This document shows positions 26,733 through 32,000 of a DNA stretch of 32,000 nucleotides, in pieces (positions within the stretch are counted from its first letter, which is position 1; every line of letters begins with the position of its first letter). Position numbers and translations under genes: made by a program. Below the pieces are notes generated by a model that saw only the letters and a program-made list of their open reading frames with translations, was not told the DNA's origin and did not search any database. The DNA comes from Candidatus Hermodarchaeota archaeon (lineage in GTDB: Archaea; Asgardarchaeota; Heimdallarchaeia; Hodarchaeales; Hodarchaeaceae): positions 30,001-62,000 of the forward strand of contig JBHLKY010000014.1 of assembly GCA_048886185.1 (NCBI GenBank), written 5' to 3'.

Positions 26733-27851
26733 TTGCCTTTGAGTTCAAGACAGAAATCAATGATTGAGTTAGTACTACTTTTAATCTCTGCTGTTATAAT
26801 GGCAATAACTATTTCTATTGGATTAACCTTTCTCTTGGGTGGATCCAGCCATCCAATAGTAGCAGTGACCACAGGCAGTATGCTTCCCATATACAATGGA
26901 TTTCAAGATAATGATGGAACAGATATCTATCCATTTAGAGGGGATATCCTTCTAGTAAAAAAAGTTCCAATTGAATCGATAGAAGTGGGAGATGTTATCG
27001 TTTTTAATACTACAAAGGTATCTGATCCTGTTGTACATCGAGTTGTGGCAAAATGGCAACATGATGGTGAATACTTCTTTAAAACAAATGGGGATAACAA
27101 TCTCTTACCAGATACCTGGGAAGATCAAGAGGGATCGATTTCTGGAGATAAAGTTTATGGAGTTGTCGTATTTCGAATCCCTCATATTGGCTGGTTCTTG
27201 TTGGTTGTACAGACAACAATTGGAAAAATACTAATTTTAGCACTTGCAGTTCTCATTCTGTTCGTTGGAGATGATTCAAATGAGGAGACCCAAGCCAATA
27301 TTGAAGAACAAAATGTTTCACACAAGAAGGATTCATCAATTTTTTTAAAATTATTTACCATAGGAAAGTCAATTTCACGAAAAAAAAGTTACACATACTC
27401 TGTACTAGCTTTACTAATTATTATATTATTCTTAGGAAACACTATACTCAGTTCATTTCTTTCTCCTCCCTCTATTAGGCTTTATCGCTTAGAAGATGAA
27501 TCTCGAACGGCCAATCTTATAATGGCTCCCTCACCTCTTACTATTGGCTCTAAATGGGAAGATAATTTTAACCAGACGACTTTCTTCTTTCCTATTCAAA
27601 TTGAAATTCAATCTGGAGGCATTTTTAATAATATTGATCATATTGAGATACGAGTTAACGAAACGAAAGGATTGTATCGCTGGACAACTGTATATAACTT
27701 TATTGGCACACGAGTTTTTAAGGGAGCCATCATTGCAATGATGAACGAAAATACAGTTTCTTTTGCTTCAGTTTCAGTAGAGTTATTTTCTCGTGGATTA
27801 CTCGCTTCACCTCCTCAAACATTTAACTTTTCAATTGAATTAATAAGTTAG
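26733..27851 (+). CDS. Signal peptidase I (SEC11/S26B type) with C-terminal TM + beta-rich extension
   Basis: N-terminal TM, TTGSMLP (Ser), GDILLV, VGDVIVF, PVVHRV (His), KTNGDNN..PD, RIPHIG. Confidence 0.92.
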   Translation: MPLSSRQKSMIELVLLLISAVIMAITISIGLTFLLGGSSHPIVAVTTGSMLPIYNGFQDNDGTDIYPFRGDILLVKKVPIESIEVGDVIVFNTTKVSDPVVHRVVAKWQHDGEYFFKTNGDNNLLPDTWEDQEGSISGDKVYGVVVFRIPHIGWFLLVVQTTIGKILILALAVLILFVGDDSNEETQANIEEQNVSHKKDSSIFLKLFTIGKSISRKKSYTYSVLALLIIILFLGNTILSSFLSPPSIRLYRLEDESRTANLIMAPSPLTIGSKWEDNFNQTTFFFPIQIEIQSGGIFNNIDHIEIRVNETKGLYRWTTVYNFIGTRVFKGAIIAMMNENTVSFASVSVELFSRGLLASPPQTFNFSIELIS

Positions 27852-27864
27852 TGATTATAAGAAA

Positions 27865-28620
27865 ATGACTAACATTTGTTATTTAGTTGGAACTGCTGGT
27901 TCAGGTAAAACGATGCTTACCTCTTCTCTTCAACAATATTTAACTACAAAGGGTGCAACCCTTACCACAGTTAACCTTGATCCTGCGGTTCAATATATCC
28001 CGTACAAAGCGGATATTGATATTCGTGACTACATCGATTTTGATCGGTTAGTAGATGAATACAAATTAGGCCCAAATGGTGCGATGATTGCAGCAGCCGA
28101 TTTAATAGCAGATTATATTAATGATATCCGTGAGGATGTCATGGAATTAGGTGAGAGTTCTGCGGTCGTCTTAGTGGATACTCCTGGTCAAATGGAACTT
28201 TTTGCTTATCGTAATTCTGGTTTAAAGATTGCAGAGAGTTTTCCAAAAGATACATCTTTCCTAGTATTTTTATTCGATTCTACTCTTGTGTCAAATATTG
28301 CAGGATTTATTTCAATCAGTTTATTGGCCACATCTGTACAAATCCGTCTTAATCTCCCTATCACCCATACCATGACCAAAATTGACCTTCTTAAACCTCA
28401 TCAAATTGATGATATCTTATCATGGCGTGAAGATCCTTATGAAGCTATTGAAGATCTATATGGAATGACCCGTGAATTTTCCATTCGAGCAGGCCAGGTA
28501 ATTGAAGGTATGGGAGAAATTCCTTTAATACCTGTGAGTTCCCTCTCAGGAGATGGTTTAGAGTTACTAAGTGCCCAAATAAGCCGTATATTTGTGGCAG
28601 GTGAAGACTGGTCGATTTAA
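27865..28620 (+). CDS. GPN-loop GTPase
   Basis: GTAGSGKT, VNLDP, LGPNG, DTPGQMELF, TKID. Confidence 0.96.
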   Translation: MTNICYLVGTAGSGKTMLTSSLQQYLTTKGATLTTVNLDPAVQYIPYKADIDIRDYIDFDRLVDEYKLGPNGAMIAAADLIADYINDIREDVMELGESSAVVLVDTPGQMELFAYRNSGLKIAESFPKDTSFLVFLFDSTLVSNIAGFISISLLATSVQIRLNLPITHTMTKIDLLKPHQIDDILSWREDPYEAIEDLYGMTREFSIRAGQVIEGMGEIPLIPVSSLSGDGLELLSAQISRIFVAGEDWSI

Positions 28621-29000
28621 AATATCATCCAAACCAAAGAAGTCATAACAATAAAAAGAACTAAGAATGTAAAAGTTCCTGACAGCCATAATCGCTTTTG
28701 ATCAATGTCTTCACTTGAAATTTTCAGTACATACCGAACAAATAGAACACAAGTAACTAAAGCTAGAACGAGAATTAAGAGCCACCAATTCAAGAACACT
28801 TCAGATACTACAAAAAGAAATCCTGTTACTAAACCTGTACAAACACCGAAAGAAACTTTCGTATAATACATTTTTGTGTTAGGTGCCAAACCTGTGGTTG
28901 TTTCACTCCTAGATTCAACCTCTTCAGGTTTAGTTACTCGTTTAATCCTGCGGATTTTGCGTTGACTGATATGTCTTCTTTCTTTAGACACTTTTAACAC
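28617..29000 (-). CDS. Three-TM small membrane protein, EMC6-like
   Basis: Basic soluble N-terminus, then three TM helices (YYTKVSFGVCTGLVTGFL; WWLLILVLALVTCVLFV; LSGTFTFLVLFIVMTSLVW) in the EMC6/Rab5ip arrangement. Confidence 0.5.
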   Translation of the reverse strand: MLKVSKERRHISQRKIRRIKRVTKPEEVESRSETTTGLAPNTKMYYTKVSFGVCTGLVTGFLFVVSEVFLNWWLLILVLALVTCVLFVRYVLKISSEDIDQKRLWLSGTFTFLVLFIVMTSLVWMIF

Positions 29001-29298
29001 TTATTGACAATGGATTGAGTTTTTCGAGACAATGCTTATGACATCTCTTCTTATGTTTTAATAATAATCCTTTTTACTCATATGAGAATAGAATGATGTT
29101 CATAATTAGGGTAAAATTACATCTAGATATGTTCAAAAATTATAAAAATGAATAAAAAAATACTGACTCAACTGATTTCGAGGTTATTTTTGTAGACCCC
29201 AATATTTATTCATTATTTTCTACAAAAATAACGTTTACGCCGACTTTCTGATCAAAAAAATTAAGGATATTAGACTAATTCAATAGAGATGAGAAAAA

Positions 29299-29913
29299 AT
29301 GAATTACTCTGGTGAATACCTTGTTAAATTAGCCCGTTTAACTATTGAAACATATCTTAAAGAAAAAATAAAGATTAAAATTCCAAAGGATGCACCAGAA
29401 GATCTTTTTGATCACTCGGGCGTTTTTGTAACATTGCATCGTATTGTAAATGGGAGAGAACCAGATTTGAGGGGTTGTATCGGGAGAATTGAAAGTCGTC
29501 ATGGATCTTTAATTCAATCAACGATAGATTCAGCAATTGATGCATCTATCCATGATCCACGGTTTCCTCCTGTTGATTTTAGTGAAATGGAAAACATAAC
29601 TGTTGAAGTTACAATATTGACTCTTCCTGAAGTACTTAATGTCCATAATCCAAAAGAATATTTTGACCTAATTGTTATTGGTAAACATGGATTGATAGCA
29701 GAACGAGGTAAATATCAACGAGGTCTTCTCCTCCCACAAGTTCCAGTTGAACAAAAATGGGATCTTCAGCGTTATCTCGATTATGTCTGTTTGAAAGCGG
29801 GTCTTCCCAATCGGGCTTGGACTGATCTTAGTACGAAAATTTCACGCTTTGAGGGGCTGATTTTTACAGAAAAATCACCAAATGGTATTATAGAACAAAA
29901 AGAAATCGAATAA
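29299..29913 (+). CDS. AMMECR1-domain (AmmeMemoRadiSam protein A) protein
   Basis: GVFVTL, LRGCIG, DPRF, GLLLPQVP, CLKAGL. Confidence 0.95.
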   Translation: MNYSGEYLVKLARLTIETYLKEKIKIKIPKDAPEDLFDHSGVFVTLHRIVNGREPDLRGCIGRIESRHGSLIQSTIDSAIDASIHDPRFPPVDFSEMENITVEVTILTLPEVLNVHNPKEYFDLIVIGKHGLIAERGKYQRGLLLPQVPVEQKWDLQRYLDYVCLKAGLPNRAWTDLSTKISRFEGLIFTEKSPNGIIEQKEIE

Positions 29914-29916
29914 TAA

Positions 29917-31026
29917 TTAGATTTTTAGCTTAAAGGATAAAATCTCTTTTAAATTTGTATCATTGAAATCCTCAAATGGCTGTAGAGAAACTGTTGTCTT
30001 AAATTGACAGCAAGCTTTTTTATCTAATTCTTTCATTTTAATTTCTTGACCATAATATCCTAGTTGAAGAGGCCTTAATATTGCCAAATTAATATTTTTT
30101 TCAAGGATTTTCAGAGCTTCTAACGACATAATTTCGTTGTTATAATTGAAACATGTTGGAGACACAATGGTTGAGACTTGATATTTGTTAGCAACTTTTT
30201 TACAAACCTGTTCACAATATATCTGACAGTATAAACACAAAGAAGAATGGTGTTTGAACAACGCTAAAAGCTCTTCTATGCGTACAATAGTTATGTCTTG
30301 ACTAAACAGCAATTGTATATGTTCTAGGAAATTTTCCTCAGATGTTTTTCCAGTTTTAAAAAAAATTGGGGTAATTTTAACTCCTCTTTTCTTCATTAAC
30401 CAAGCTGCTAATATTGAATTGAAGTTAGGCTTTAGTAAAGCAATCGCTGTGCCTTGAGATCGAGATGGTAAGCCATCCATCCCTTTATAAATATGTGAAT
30501 AGATAAAACATAATATCCCACTAATATCCAAGTGAATTTGAAATTTTGGCGCTTCAAGATCTACTTTGATTCCTTCCAACGGATAAGCTAAGATCTCAGC
30601 GCCAAGTTTACTGGCAATTTCTATTGAGGAGAATGGGTGAGACCCCTCACGACGAGCCCTTATAGCAAAACTAGTATAAGGTTGAATTATATTAATTGCT
30701 TCTGACTTTCCTGCAGAAAGTATGGAATTTTCTGTTGCTTCAACAACGAGCACGGGACTTACAGAAGACACTCCACTGATTGAGGTAACGATACTGAATG
30801 CAAGTTTATCAAGATCAATGCTCGATTCTGAATAGATGATTAATCGATTTCGATAATTAAGAATATTAAAGGTAAATATATGCCGAAAACGAGCTTTTAT
30901 ATTATGTTGAAGCTGGTCTATCATATATCGACGAGTCTGTCGGCTTTTTATCCCTAGTTCACCACCAATACGGATTAATAATACACGCTTGTTTATCAAG
31001 AAAGAGTATTTCGCGTTATATGCCAT
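29917..31026 (-). CDS. ThiI-like THUMP-domain protein with degenerate PP-loop
   Basis: IRIGGELGIKS, SFAIRARREGSHPFSS, VDLEAP (THUMP), then ALLKPNFNSILAAWLMKKRG where canonical ThiI has LLSGGIDSPVAAWLMMKRG. Confidence 0.8.
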   Translation of the reverse strand: MAYNAKYSFLINKRVLLIRIGGELGIKSRQTRRYMIDQLQHNIKARFRHIFTFNILNYRNRLIIYSESSIDLDKLAFSIVTSISGVSSVSPVLVVEATENSILSAGKSEAINIIQPYTSFAIRARREGSHPFSSIEIASKLGAEILAYPLEGIKVDLEAPKFQIHLDISGILCFIYSHIYKGMDGLPSRSQGTAIALLKPNFNSILAAWLMKKRGVKITPIFFKTGKTSEENFLEHIQLLFSQDITIVRIEELLALFKHHSSLCLYCQIYCEQVCKKVANKYQVSTIVSPTCFNYNNEIMSLEALKILEKNINLAILRPLQLGYYGQEIKMKELDKKACCQFKTTVSLQPFEDFNDTNLKEILSFKLKI

Positions 31027-31124
31027 ATTGATGCCTTACTTGAAGACCAGTCTTATTATGATGCAAAGAGCTTAGATTCTCTACAAACCTATACTTCAAA
31101 GGATTCTTAACCTCAAGACAGCTA

Positions 31125-31188
31125 GCGAATCAGAGTAACTATAAGATTTCATTGCTTAGCTCATCCTTGTCAGGTTTCATCATTTCGC
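31125..31188 (-). ncRNA. Dual-guide C/D box sRNA
   Basis: GCGAA-ATGATGA (C, 31183-31177)-AACCTGACAAGG-ATGA (D', 31164-31161)-GCTAAGCA-ATGAAAT (degenerate C')-CTTATAGTTACT-CTGA (D, 31133-31130)-TTCGC. 5-bp terminal stem; both guides are complementary to conserved LSU rRNA sequence. Confidence 0.88.
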
Positions 31189-31212
31189 AGCCGTGGAATC
31201 AGAATATAGGAT

Positions 31213-31638
31213 TTAAAGCTCTTCATCTAGCTCCTCGTCTTCTTCTTCAGTGAGCTCTTGGGAGGCCCGTATTAATTCTGCAGCATTAAATTGTTGTTCA
31301 AATCTCCGCCAAACTGCTGGTTTTAATTTTTCATTAAGGCTTTTAATTTCCTTTTCTACTACCTTTTTAGCTTTTTCACGATCTTCAGGTAACTCTGTGA
31401 AACCCCATGTTGAAGCAGGGGGAGCTTTTGGATCTTTTTTTATTAAATATACAGAATTTTCTTGTTGTTGAAACGAAAAAAATTCAGGTTGAACAAGGGG
31501 GCAATCAATATATCTACATGTTCCTGTAACAGTAAAGAGATGATTGCAGCGCTTTTTCGGAGATGTGGCAGCCGATTTATAGGCACATTGCCCATTTGCG
31601 AGGTATCTCCAGGTGGGGATTAACTGAGATGATTCCAT
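31213..31638 (-). CDS. mak16: Mak16 / eL28-family ribosome biogenesis protein homologue
   Basis: W....NGQCAYK...CNHLFTVTGTCRYIDCPL matches eukaryotic Mak16 (W..IN..FCS.K...CRNEYNVTGLC.R.SCPL), plus VYLIKK, TWG.TELP and an acidic tail. Confidence 0.85.
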   Translation of the reverse strand: MESSQLIPTWRYLANGQCAYKSAATSPKKRCNHLFTVTGTCRYIDCPLVQPEFFSFQQQENSVYLIKKDPKAPPASTWGFTELPEDREKAKKVVEKEIKSLNEKLKPAVWRRFEQQFNAAELIRASQELTEEEDEELDEEL

Positions 31639-31691
31639 TTCTTGTCACACAATTATAGGTCATATAGTAGCTTTTAATACTAGCTTGTAAC

Positions 31692-31795
31692 AGCCGCTGG
31701 TGGGATTTTCATACATGATTCATCAGGATCCTATATCTTGAACCCACGACCAACAGATTACAAGTCTGTCGCTCTACCAACTAAGCCACAGCGGC
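31692..31795 (-). tRNA. tRNA-Thr(UGU) with 31-nt non-canonical intron at 59/60 (31706-31736)
   Basis: Acceptor GCCGCTG/CAGCGGC, discriminator U73, anticodon arm ACAGA-CTTGTAA-TCTGT, T stem GTGGG/CCCAC. Removing the insert restores a 73-nt tRNA with T-loop TTCAAGT. Confidence 0.93.
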
Positions 31796-32000
31796 ATGGA
31801 TTTTTCTTTCTACCATTTTTTGTATATGAGTTATTTGATAGACCTTTCCATACCTTATTTCTAATTCCTCCCTTTTTGGAAGAATTTAAATTTGTTTCAT
31901 TGTAATTCAAGAAATCGTTGATTGCGGATATAGAGGGATTTTATTCCTTTTTTACGGGCCATGCTTTTCAGTTTTCGATCATTTGTGGCAATTATCCCGC

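Noticed and set aside
29090-29260. ATGATG and several CTGA motifs as a second C/D sRNA
   Set aside because: Spacing is too long, there is no terminal stem, and the would-be guides are AT-rich with no recognisable rRNA complement.
1-32000. CRISPR arrays, transposases, integrases, rRNA genes
   Set aside because: No regularly spaced repeats, terminal inverted repeats, recombinase motifs or rRNA-like sequence seen by eye.

Overview
AT-rich archaeal window, almost certainly from an Asgard archaeon. A Mak16 homologue plus the ESCRT/ubiquitin set points to Heimdallarchaeia, possibly Hodarchaeales; this is inference, not a database result. The left half (1-15.6 kb) is a membrane-remodelling and ubiquitin supercluster: two ESCRT-III genes (one truncated and missing from the ORF track), Vps22, Vps28, Vps23/TSG101, a longin-fused Rab-like GTPase, PAP2 phosphatase, Yip1, E1, ubiquitin precursor, KaiC-like ATPase, Arf-like GTPase, RING E3 and E2. 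It also encodes an unusual Zn-finger/coiled-coil/PH(GLUE)-like/steadiness-box-like protein that may combine Vps36- and Vps37-like roles. The right half holds metG, a HipA/PI-kinase-fold kinase, a deoC-aor-CxxCxxCC unit, eS30, eL42, an extended signal peptidase, a GPN GTPase, an EMC6-like protein, AMMECR1, a degenerate ThiI and Mak16. Three RNA genes are visible: initiator tRNA-Met (37/38 intron), tRNA-Thr(UGU) (non-canonical 59/60 intron), and an unannotated dual-guide C/D box sRNA downstream of mak16. Its two guides appear to target LSU rRNA positions that are also 2'-O-methylated in yeast. No mobile elements or CRISPR arrays were seen.
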